A stretch of DNA of 32,000 nucleotides from Halomicronema hongdechloris C2206 (lineage in GTDB: Bacteria > Cyanobacteriota > Cyanobacteriia > Phormidesmidales > Phormidesmidaceae): the NCBI RefSeq assembly GCF_002075285.3, contig NZ_CP021983.2:4740001-4772000 (forward strand), given 5' to 3'. Position numbers and translations under genes: made by a program. This document shows positions 9,865-17,603 of this stretch, piece after piece; the first letter of the stretch is position 1; each line of letters starts with the position of its first letter. The notes below the pieces were generated by a model that was not told the origin of the DNA, did no database searches, and saw nothing but the letters and a program-made list of their open reading frames with translations.

Positions 9865-10075
9865 GGGGTGAAAGTCCCCTGTAGGAGAACCAACATCCAA
9901 ATGCTCGAAAGTTATCGGAGCCGAGTGATGCTAACTACTAGCTTAAGGCAAGGGCGTTCCCGCGAGGGAGGGTCTGGAGGAAGCCAGCAGCAAAGCTGCG
10001 AGCCGACGGACAGAAACATCATAGAAGGCCGAGCGAGAGTAGTAGGTAGGGTGGGCAAAACTAGGATAGATAATC
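9865..10075 (+). ncRNA. Group II intron RNA relic (end of domain I to domains II-III); no IEP ORF and no domains V/VI
   Basis: CTGTAGGAGAACC (9879-9891) is identical to a segment of the Ll.LtrB intron as I recall it. It is followed at similar spacing by GCCGAG (9920-9925), GGCAAGGG (9947-9954) and GTCTGGAGGAAG (9972-9983; compare Ll.LtrB GCAAGGG...GTCTGAGAAGG in D3). Too short upstream for a full domain I. No RT ORF on either side. Confidence 0.5.
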
Positions 10076-10086
10076 CTTGCTAGCGT

Positions 10087-10182
10087 CTGTAAGCTTTGTT
10101 TGCCCACCAATTTTTTCAGCGGTGGGCATTGTAGTTTGAGTGTAGGTTAGCCAAGATTTCGGACAAGATAATGCCCACCCTA
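10087..10182. repeat. 96-bp repeat, copy 2 (direct repeat of 8607-8702)
   Basis: 92/96 identity to copy 1. The internal hairpin is perfect here: tgcccacc-N12-ggtgggca (10101-10128). Confidence 0.9.
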
Positions 10183-10329
10183 CTCCCTTGCTCATATGTT
10201 TTCCCTCAAGCGATTCAATGGAGATCTTGCGGCATAACGGTAAAAGCCAGCGGCGGCAAGCGGGCTTTGCAAACAAACCAGCGATTATTTTCCGTCCACT
10301 GCGCTGAGGTGTTATGTGGCTGCTCACTG

Positions 10330-10737
10330 TTAGCGAGAAAACAGCTCCAGGAAATCCTTAGCATTAAGTATTGGAATATCGCGATATGATTTCAGAATAA
10401 GTAAATCATCATCTCCAGTCACAATAAAATTAGCTTCACCACTCGATGCAAGATTCAGGAATTTATCATCTTTAGGATCTCTACAAATCTTTAAGTCTTC
10501 TAGAACTTCGACAAGTTCAGCTCTAACCAAAAGTGATTCTAAAAATTCCTCACGTTCATCATTGGTTAGATATTTGTCAAACTTTCGGCGATTGATGACT
10601 TCAATTAATTCTGTAATGGTCTCCGAAGAAATCAATATGTTTCCATGGGCCAAAGCAAAATAGAGTGCTCTGCCTGGAATTGAATCCTTGAACAGAAGAG
10701 CACTAACCACAGTGTTGGTATCGAAAACAAAACGCAA
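10330..10737 (-). CDS. PIN-domain toxin of a type II toxin-antitoxin pair (PIN_3-like)
   Basis: 135-aa ORF. N-terminal FVFDTNTVVSAL and C-terminal FIVTGDDDLL acidic motifs are typical of PIN nucleases. The TTG start lies 1 nt after the stop of the upstream small ORF. Confidence 0.8.
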   Translation of the reverse strand: MRFVFDTNTVVSALLFKDSIPGRALYFALAHGNILISSETITELIEVINRRKFDKYLTNDEREEFLESLLVRAELVEVLEDLKICRDPKDDKFLNLASSGEANFIVTGDDDLLILKSYRDIPILNAKDFLELFSR

Positions 10738-10738
10738 T

Positions 10739-10966
10739 TTATGACTCGGCTAAAATAGCACTAAGGATTTCTGGAGTTAAGCCTCGCTCTTGAGCCTTAC
10801 GACTAATTTCCTCCATCACTTCTTCAAGAGGTCTAACTTTTTTGACTACCTCTTTTAGTTTTAAATTTATCAGCAAATCGATCTTTCTGCGATCTACTTC
10901 AGATGATGCTTCATAAGCATCTGCTGTCTCAGCGTCTACACGAACTGCAATTGTACGTGTTTCCAT
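10739..10966 (-). CDS. Putative antitoxin partner of the PIN toxin
   Basis: 75-aa acidic ORF immediately upstream and translationally coupled to the PIN gene (stop 10739-10741, toxin start 10737). Strong SD (gggagg) upstream of the ATG at 10966. Confidence 0.65.
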   Translation of the reverse strand: METRTIAVRVDAETADAYEASSEVDRRKIDLLINLKLKEVVKKVRPLEEVMEEISRKAQERGLTPEILSAILAES

Positions 10967-11033
10967 ATACTTGACCTCCCTTTAGCTTTCTTTAAATTAA
11001 ATTAAAAAGGCGGAAAACTCTCCTGAAGTTTTT

Positions 11034-11438
11034 TTATCTTTCCTCAGAATGCTCTAAAATTAAGTATTCATCGATTGATTCAGACTCAGCTATGGCTTGC
11101 ATCTGAGATTCAAAATCTGTAGGGGTAGTATTTGATGCTTCTAGCAATTTATGTTGCTCAACATAACCTTCTAAAACGTTATTACGGGCTACGAGCTTTT
11201 GAAAAGACGGAAGCACCTTTGCTTGCTGACGATCTATTTCCTTCTCTACTACTTTTCCTGCATATCTGCTAGCCACATTAAAGAGTGAAGATGTGACCTT
11301 TGCAGCTCCTTTTCCAACTTCAACATAGCCATCTTCTGCATACCAAGGGCGTGTCCTACCTCTTAGTTCGTCAATCCAGCCATAGCCCTTTTCCTCACCA
11401 TAACTAAAATCAAGCCATTCAGCTAAAGTCGAGACAGG
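11034..11438 (-). pseudogene. 5'-truncated ORF of unknown function, cut by the IS1380-like element
   Basis: The track lists only 11034..11276 (GTG start). My translation shows the frame stays open upstream (…VSTLAEWLDFSYGEEKGYGWIDELRGRTRPWYAEDGYVEVGKGAAKVTSSLFNVASRYAGK…) with no start codon, until it enters the IS inverted repeat at ~11439. Confidence 0.55.
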
Positions 11439-13274
11439 TAACCCGGATATCTCACCAGAGAAGAGGAATCGGGGTCAAAAACCAGCGAGAATGTAATAAC
11501 CACAAGACATTCAGCGGCTTGTAAAGATGACCCCGACCCAAACAGAGTGTAACTTGCCGAGCTACGAATTTGGCCGTCTGAGCCAGCGCAAAATAATAGC
11601 CGACTTCAGCGGCGGCGACCTGAGCAGCGATGGCGGGCTGCTGCTGATTCGAGAAGTGGACAACTTGTATCGAATCAGCGAGCGTCTTGCGTCCTGTTTT
11701 ACGGATCATCGAGATGCCAGCCGGGTGCAGCATGAGTTGAAGACGCTCATCGGCCAACGGCTCTATGGGCTGGTGCAAGGATACGAAGACCTCAATGACC
11801 ATGATGACTTGCGCCATGAGCGGCTATTCGGGGTGGTCCTAGAGCAGCTAGAAAGCCAGCATCCGCGCTGTGCGCCGTTGGCGGGCAAGAGCACCCTCAA
11901 TCGCTTGGAGCAAGCGATGCATGTGCCCGGCGACCTATTCGATTCGCGCTACGTGAAGATGAGCTTGGACCCAGCTGCAATGGAAGCGCTCTTAGTGGAG
12001 CTGTTCATCGAGCAGATGGAGAAGGAACCGAAATCCATCATCCTGGACATGGATGTCACCGATGACCCCACCCATGGAACTCAAGAAGGGTCAGCGTTCA
12101 ATGGCTACTACCGCCATGAGTGTTACACGCCCTTGCTCATTTTCTGTGGCCGTCATTTGTTGAGCGCGAAACTGCGAGAGGCGAATGTGGACCCCGCTGG
12201 AGGTGCCTTGGAAGAACTTCAACGCATCATCGCTCAAATTCGAGGTCATTGGCCCCAGGTGAAGATTCTCGTGCGCGGCGACAGTGCCTACTGTCGAGAT
12301 GACATCATGCTCTGGTGTGAGGAGCAGCCCCAGGTGGACTTTGTCTTTGCCCACAGCAGCAATGACCGCTTGCGCTCTTTGACTTGGGGGCTCTAACAGC
12401 GGGCCAAAGCGGCCTATGAGGCCCAACGCCAAGAAGTCGCTGCTTCCCTAGACCCCCTGTTAGAGCAGACACCAGGTGAATTGGCCGCCGAACTCAACCG
12501 CTTGGTTCCCCCCCAGCTCTGGCATCAGTCCTTGAGCTATTGCACTGCCAAGTCCTGGAGTCGTCAGCGTCGCGTCATTTGCAAGCTCACCTACGATGGC
12601 AACGGACCGCGTCGCCATTTTGTCGTTACCTCTTTGAGCCCCCAGCAGGCCCATCCCGCTCACCTCCACCGCTATTATTACTGCCCCCGAGGCGAGATGG
12701 AAAATCGCATCAAGGAGCATCAGCTCGACCTCTTTAGCGACCGCACCTCCACCCATGAATTTGAAAGCAATCAGCTCAGGCTCTGGTTTTCATCCTTTGC
12801 CTATGTCTTGATGCAGGCTTTACGTCTCAAGGCGCTGGCCAATACTGAACTGGCTGATGCTCAGGGCGGCACTATTCGACGCAAGCTGCTGAAGTTCGGT
12901 GCTCAGGTTCGGGTCTCCGTGCGCCGTATCCTCGTGGCGTTCGGCTCCGCTGCGCCCATACAAGCCATTTTTGAAGCTGCTTATCGACAGTTGCAGCGAC
13001 TCCCTCGACCCGGATAGCCTTGGCAATTCGGAAAAAATTAGGTCTTCTCAATCCAGCTTTTCTAGGCTCTTGTCAAGGGTGAAATTCAACACCCTCGGCT
13101 TGCCATGACTGGAGGCTAGTAAAAGAGGAAAACTTTAACCACAACAGCCTTGCTCATGGCTCACGAAACCCAAAATATTGCTCATCTTTATCCCATTACT
13201 CGATTCCCACACTGCTCATCCAATTTGGGCCAGCTCAGCCGCCTTCGATGAGCACTGGTGAGAAATCCGGGATA
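11439..13274 (+). mobile_element. IS1380-family-like insertion sequence (~1.84 kb)
   Basis: Terminal inverted repeats match 18/20: taacccggatatctcaccag (11439-11458) versus the reverse complement of ctggtgagaaatccgggata (13255-13274). They enclose a DDE transposase reading frame. Confidence 0.75.
11527..13017 (+). pseudogene. IS1380-type DDE transposase interrupted by one in-frame TAA
   Basis: ORFs 11527..12396 and 12481..13017 are in the same frame (the offset is 954 nt). Translation reads through as ...LRSLTWGL*QRAKAAYEAQRQ...GELAAELNRL.... The N-terminus (ADFSGGDLSSDGGLLLIREVD...GYEDLNDHDDLRHE) is typical of the IS1380 / DDE group-1 family. The stop is at 12394-12396. Confidence 0.8.
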
Positions 13275-13340
13275 GCGCGTAGACAGGTCCTGCGAATGGC
13301 TAGTCTGCTTTTGCCGAGGCTGCTCTTAATCCCGAACTCA

Positions 13341-14548
13341 GCTTCTTTAAGGATCATCCCGGGAGCATCTCAAAGTTGCAAAAACATCAACAATCGTAGG
13401 CTCTATTCAGATAGGCACATCGCACCTGCAAGGCTTGCTGAACATTGTCGGGCACCCATTGAGCGCCTGGGAGTTTCATGCGATGGTCAATCTGCTTGAT
13501 GGCTGACTCAACTGCACCTGAGCCAATCGAACAGATTTGTTCAGCTTGAAAATAGCCGTAATTCACAATTCGGTGACGATGTCGCTCCAAGTAATCACAG
13601 AATCGCCGGGCTTGCTCCAGAGCGCAGTCGGTAAATAACGCCTGGGTTTCATCAACCCGCCCTTCCCATAACAGAGCTTTGGCTTGTTTCAGCCGTTTTA
13701 ATGAGCCCCCAACTCCATAGAGGTTTTCGACCAAGTGGTACCAATCGAGAATTTCTAAACGGGTTTCCACGGTGGCGATGGGACGAAACACCGCCCAGAC
13801 GCCCCGATGCCCATCGCCAAGGCAGATGATGGGGTTCGCTAACGGTTGGCTATTTAGCCAGTCTTGCAGCCAGTCATTTGCCTGAAACGCCGCCCCATAG
13901 TACAGATTCTCGACCCGAGCACTCTTGTATTCTTTCCAGTAACTGGGTTCGCCTTTTTCCGGATGCCGCAGGCGCACTTTACCGCCATCGACACTGATCT
14001 CGGTGACCGTCTGCTTCGCCTCCGGTGGGGTCTCACGTTGGCGTTGCACGAGGCGTTGCAGCGTTGAATGACTCAACGACATCCCCGTTAAAACGGACAC
14101 GTCGGTTTCGCCTTTCCCATAGCTTTGGCAGGCCGCAACCCGCAACGCACATTTCTCAAAGAGCGGGCTGAGACGACCGTGGGGTTCGAGGCCCAACCGC
14201 TGGGCTTGCTGTTCCCGAATCGGGAGGGTCCCCAGAACACTTTTTAGCTGCCGGGGGCGTCCCCGTTGGGTTTGGGTGCACGCTTCGACAAAAAAATTCC
14301 CACTTCGGGACTGACGTGCTCCAGCATCTGCTGCCGCACCGTCGTTTCAATGCCTTCAAGTGTGTCAACGGCTTCAGGAGGGCTATTGCGATGCAGAATC
14401 TTGGCAATCTCGCGGCTATGCTGGGCTAAGGCGGCTTGGTCTTCGGGGGACAAGAGCTTTTGGGGTAGAGACTACCCTTTCATCTCAGCACAGATGCTGG
14501 GTTCTCGCAAAAATGAGATGCTCCCATCATCCCCGTTGTTAAAGGAGC
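13341..14548 (-). mobile_element. ISKra4-family-like insertion sequence, decayed
   Basis: Inverted repeats: gcttctttaaggatcatcccgggagcatctc (13341-13371) versus gagatgctcccatcatccccgttgttaaaggagc (14515-14548). The core gagatgctccc is exact and the remainder matches with small gaps. They enclose the transposase remnants. Confidence 0.7.
13387..14483 (-). pseudogene. ISKra4-type transposase with a nonsense codon and a frameshift
   Basis: An ATG at 14483 is followed by TAG as codon 4 (14472-14474). The N-terminal part is the 14244..14453 ORF (…LEGIETTVRQQMLEHVSPEVGIFL…). The frame then shifts by 1 nt at a G5 run (14253-14257) into the 13387..14196 ORF frame (…LKSVLGTLPIREQQAQRLGLEPHGRLSPLFEKC…). 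Confidence 0.75.
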
Positions 14549-14764
14549 CAGTGTCACCTAGTTAAAAATCATTCACGTTGTTAAAACAGATAGCAGTATC
14601 TATTTAAAAAACACCGATGTTACTAAAGGTAATAGCGGTATCTCTCGAAGTGATAGTGGTACCTATTTAAAAACTATACATGTTGCTAAAGGTGATAGTG
14701 GTATCTGTTTAAAAACCATCGATGTTACTCAAGGAGGTAGCGGTATCTATTTCGAATCAAACCG
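14535..14764 (+). repeat. Tandem array of ~5.5 diverged copies of a 42-bp unit
   Basis: Units: 14535-14576, 14577-14618, an irregular 63-nt double unit at 14619-14681, 14682-14723 and 14724-14764. Consensus is roughly GTTGYTAAAGGTGATAGYGGTATCTATTTAAAAACCAYCGAT. The first unit overlaps the right inverted repeat of the ISKra4-like element. Confidence 0.85.
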
Positions 14765-14798
14765 GTTGTTTCAATCCCTTAGGGTTATCGCTGCGAGT

Positions 14799-14944
14799 GC
14801 TAGCGCTGGTTGACTGACAAAAGATTCTGCATTGGGCGCGGTTTCCGCGCCCTTACCAGATTTCGGATGCTGTAGGGGGCAGGGAACCTGCCCCTTTGGA
14901 TAGTCTGGGTTCTAGCAGGTTTTGTCAGTCAATGAGGTGCTAGC
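14799..14944. repeat. 146-bp nested-hairpin inverted-repeat element (MITE-like or structured RNA)
   Basis: Perfect 13-bp arms ttgactgacaaaa (14810-14822) / ttttgtcagtcaa (14920-14932), flanked by gctagc on both sides (14799-14804, 14939-14944). They enclose two GC-rich 8-bp stem / 3-nt loop hairpins (14834-14852 gggcgcgg-ttt-ccgcgccc; 14876-14894 ggggcagg-gaa-cctgcccc). Confidence 0.7.
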
Positions 14945-15304
14945 GGTAGGAATGGAAAAGGTATGCGAGGGAGATGCTTAGGTATTCGAGGGTTATCACT
15001 CTCGGCCATTACCTTGTCTCAATGGCATGGCCACTATGTACTTGGCTCCCTATACTTGGCTCCATACACTGTCCAGGACATTGCCAGACTACGGGAAACG
15101 ACCCTGCTCGCTGCTCCAATGGCACCGCCTCACCAGGGATTCTGGCCCTGGCGATTGCTACCGGTGGCTGTCAGGCTCCTACCGCTACCACCACCGCCCC
15201 CGCCGATGAGACGGCCACCGAGGCGGTTCAGGCCGAAGAGACAGCAGCTACCCCCTCATCTGGTCCTGTCCGAGTCGGGGAAGCGGCACTGCTGTACAGG
15301 GGAA

Positions 15305-15375
15305 AGCGGGCGGGGGGAATCGAACCCCCATCATCAGCTTGGAAGGCTGAGGTTTTACCACTAAACTACGCCCGC
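15305..15375 (-). tRNA. tRNA-Gly (anticodon UCC)
   Basis: The reverse complement folds by hand into a 71-nt cloverleaf: GCGGGCG-TA-GTTT-AGTGGTA-AAAC-C-TCAGC-CTTCCAA-GCTGA-TGAT-GGGGG-TTCGATT-CCCCC-CGCCCGC-T. The anticodon loop is C-U-UCC-A-A. CCA is not encoded. Confidence 0.93.
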
Positions 15376-15481
15376 CAGTGGTCCTACGGCTGCAGACCTA
15401 CGCTAGGGTAGCACACTTCCTCGTCCTACGGAGATGGCCTCTCGATTTGACAGCCATGCTCCAGGATCCAAGCCCGGCGGG

Positions 15482-16411
15482 TTACTGTAGCGCCGCCGTC
15501 ACCTCTAGGATGACAGCATCGGTGGGAATAGGGCTGCCTGCGGTCTGAGCCGGTTGCAGGGTAAGGGTTTGTTCTAAGGTGCAGGCAACAAGTTGATCTA
15601 GGGCGGGCTGATTGCTACCGGAGAGAATCTCAGCATTGGAAATGGTGCCGTCGGTCTCGACGGTAAGTTGCAGGCTCAGGGGATAGGTGCCTGACCCCAG
15701 GGTAAATAGGCTGGCTAGATTGGCTAGGCCACAGCCGCTGAGGGCAGGGCGTAGGGCCAAGGCAGTGGCCCCATCGGCAAGCTGGGGCAGCTGGTCTGGG
15801 AAGTCTTGTCCTTGAGGGTTGCGACGAATGTCTCGGGGAATCAACTGGCCAATGACGCGGTTGGCGGTGGTGTCTTCCCCTGGGGAGCCATCCGGGTCGG
15901 GAGGGCTGGCAGGGGCAGGCGGACCAGGGGCAGGCGGTGGGCTTGGGACTGGTGAGGACGGTCGAGGCGACGACGGGGTGGGGGTGGTTGCAGCGGCAGA
16001 GGGACTTGCAGAAGCAGAAGCGGAGGCGGTGGGCGAGGTGGGCCGGGAAGTGGGGGTAGGCGTAGGCGTAGGGAGTGCCTGAGGGGTAGGGGGGCTGCCT
16101 GGCTGGGGAGAAGTCGAGGCGATCTCCGGGGCTGGGGTAGCCGCGGTAGAGGGTGACGCTGGCGCGGCAGTCCTGGGCAGGGGCGTAGGGGCTGCATCGC
16201 TCGCCGTCCCAGACTCAGGGGCGCTTCGCAGCAGCTGAATCGGAATGGCGGGGGGGGCGGGGCTGGGTAAGGTGGGCAATAATACTAGGGTGCGTAAGAG
16301 GATGAAGGCCATGCTATGGAGCCCCCCGGCCAAGATGACTGATGCTGGCCAGAGATAGGGAGGGTCACTGTAGCGGACTCGATGCAGCCGTTGCAGCAGA
16401 TCTAGAAACAT
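15482..16411 (-). CDS. TonB-family protein: N-terminal TM anchor, long Pro/Ser/Thr/Ala-rich linker, TonB-C-like C-terminal domain
   Basis: 309-aa ORF. TM segment WPASVILAGGLHSMAFILL, then a proline-rich spacer of ~130 aa. The C-terminus (LQLTVETDGTISNAEILSGSNQPALDQLVACTLEQTLTLQPA) resembles the TonB C-terminal fold pattern. Confidence 0.65.
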   Translation of the reverse strand: MFLDLLQRLHRVRYSDPPYLWPASVILAGGLHSMAFILLRTLVLLPTLPSPAPPAIPIQLLRSAPESGTASDAAPTPLPRTAAPASPSTAATPAPEIASTSPQPGSPPTPQALPTPTPTPTSRPTSPTASASASASPSAAATTPTPSSPRPSSPVPSPPPAPGPPAPASPPDPDGSPGEDTTANRVIGQLIPRDIRRNPQGQDFPDQLPQLADGATALALRPALSGCGLANLASLFTLGSGTYPLSLQLTVETDGTISNAEILSGSNQPALDQLVACTLEQTLTLQPAQTAGSPIPTDAVILEVTAALQ

Positions 16412-16642
16412 GGCTGGCTAGAAACGTGGATGCGATCGCATCTGAGTCCTTCCATGCTAGCCAGACTTCCGGCATAGGTAACCACTAGCAGGCCACTGAT
16501 GCCAGGGCTCGTACCAGTGCTGGCAGATAAAACCCTGGGGAGCGAGCCAGGCCTGATAGGGCCATTGCTGAAAACAAGCAGCCGCTAACGATATAGTTTT
16601 CAATAGAATGGCTCCTGCCTAGGCGAGGGCGTAACGCCAATC

Positions 16643-17236
16643 ATGACCCCTGATGGTTCAGTCACACCAAGGATGACCTACCGGGTGCGGGCCGCCCGCC
16701 CGGAGGATATTGACCAGCTAACCGAGTTACTCGTCACCAGTTTCTATCCGCCCACAGGCTGGCTGCGTTGGGCATACCCGATATTACGGCTCAGTATCAG
16801 TGAGGAGCTCAGGCATCGGCTGCGCTCACCCAAGTCTCCTTATGTTTGCCTGACAGCCATTAGCGGCGATAGCAACCTTCCCTCGGGGAGCGATATCCTG
16901 GTGGGAACCGTCGAACTCTCTCGCCGGTCCCATTGGCCCTGGCAAATTCCCCAATATGGTCAGCTCTACGTGTCTAATTTAGCCGTAGGATTGCGATATC
17001 GCCGTCGCGGCATCGCCCTGCGCTTGCTAGGCGCCTGTGAAACCGTGGCCCGGGATTGGGGATTCGACCATCTGTACCTGCATGTCATGGAGGATAACCG
17101 GGACGCCCAACAGCTGTACTACAAGGCCGGATTTCTCCTACAGCAGGCTGAATCAACCCCCCTCTCGGCGCTGGGATTGCAACCCCGTCGCCTACTCTTG
17201 AGTAAATCTTTGGGCTCATCCTCCCTAGCGGCATAA
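16643..17236 (+). CDS. GNAT family N-acetyltransferase
   Basis: 197-aa ORF with the acetyl-CoA-binding motif A (LAVGLRYRRRGIALRLLGACE) and a YYKAGF tail, both typical of GNAT. Confidence 0.85.
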   Translation: MTPDGSVTPRMTYRVRAARPEDIDQLTELLVTSFYPPTGWLRWAYPILRLSISEELRHRLRSPKSPYVCLTAISGDSNLPSGSDILVGTVELSRRSHWPWQIPQYGQLYVSNLAVGLRYRRRGIALRLLGACETVARDWGFDHLYLHVMEDNRDAQQLYYKAGFLLQQAESTPLSALGLQPRRLLLSKSLGSSSLAA

Positions 17237-17603
17237 CTATCAAAGCCTAGTGAGACGAGGCGCGGTTGTCTGATCCGGCACTAGTTCTGGCAGTTGTCGC
17301 CAGCCTAGCCTATCTGGGCGCTGCCCCGAGATGGCTTGCCTGGCAATAGGACGGTGTCGAGCCGCTGTGTTGCTGAGACCAGGGGGCCCCGATCCTTAAA
17401 TTTTCCCCTGAGATATGCTTCAATGTATTGCGATCAGGGGCCAGGGGCCGCACCAACCTTCACATAACAATTAATGCCAGTCCGGAGAAATTTACGTTAC
17501 CTTCAGCGACTGCTTAAGAACCGCACTGGAAGACTGAAGTGACTACTCTAAAATAGAGTCCATACGACGCTATCGTATACGTGCACTACCATCGTCTCGC
17601 TTA

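Noticed and set aside
9865-9891. GGGGTGAAAGTCCCC hairpin reminiscent of RNase P (GGAAAGUCC) or the cobalamin riboswitch (GGUGAAAAUCC)
   Set aside because: The surrounding conserved elements are absent: no RNase P P4 partner or CR regions, and no B12 box or GCCACUG. The downstream motifs fit group II intron D2/D3 better.
10061-10327. 88-aa minus-strand ORF downstream of the PIN gene
   Set aside because: It overlaps copy 2 of the 96-bp repeat, has no SD or recognisable motif, and has no counterpart at copy 1. It is probably spurious.
12394-12396. Possible programmed recoding in the IS1380-like transposase
   Set aside because: The interruption is an in-frame TAA, not a frameshift. I see no slippery heptamer or downstream structure, and to my knowledge this IS family normally encodes a single uninterrupted ORF. 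A simple nonsense mutation is more likely.
11432-13288. agacaggt as an 8-bp target-site duplication of the IS1380-like element
   Set aside because: The right copy is 6 nt beyond the inverted-repeat end. Joining the flanks does not restore the truncated ORF, because a TAG lies immediately upstream in frame. It is retained only as a caveat on the IS boundary.
14765-14795. gttgtttcaatcccttagggttatc resembles the start of some cyanobacterial CRISPR repeats
   Set aside because: It is a single occurrence with no regularly spaced repeat copies or cas genes in the window. The neighbouring 42-bp units are contiguous tandem repeats without spacers.
14963-15411. Two overlapping plus-strand ORFs of 133 and 145 aa
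   Set aside because: Both read through the tRNA-Gly gene on the opposite strand and have implausible composition. Only the lipobox-like segment is noted, as a possible gene remnant.
15819-16197. Pro/Gly-rich ORFs on both strands (15819..16082 plus, 15841..16197 minus)
   Set aside because: They are alternative-frame products of the proline-rich linker region of the TonB-like gene. Low-complexity GC-rich DNA keeps all frames open.
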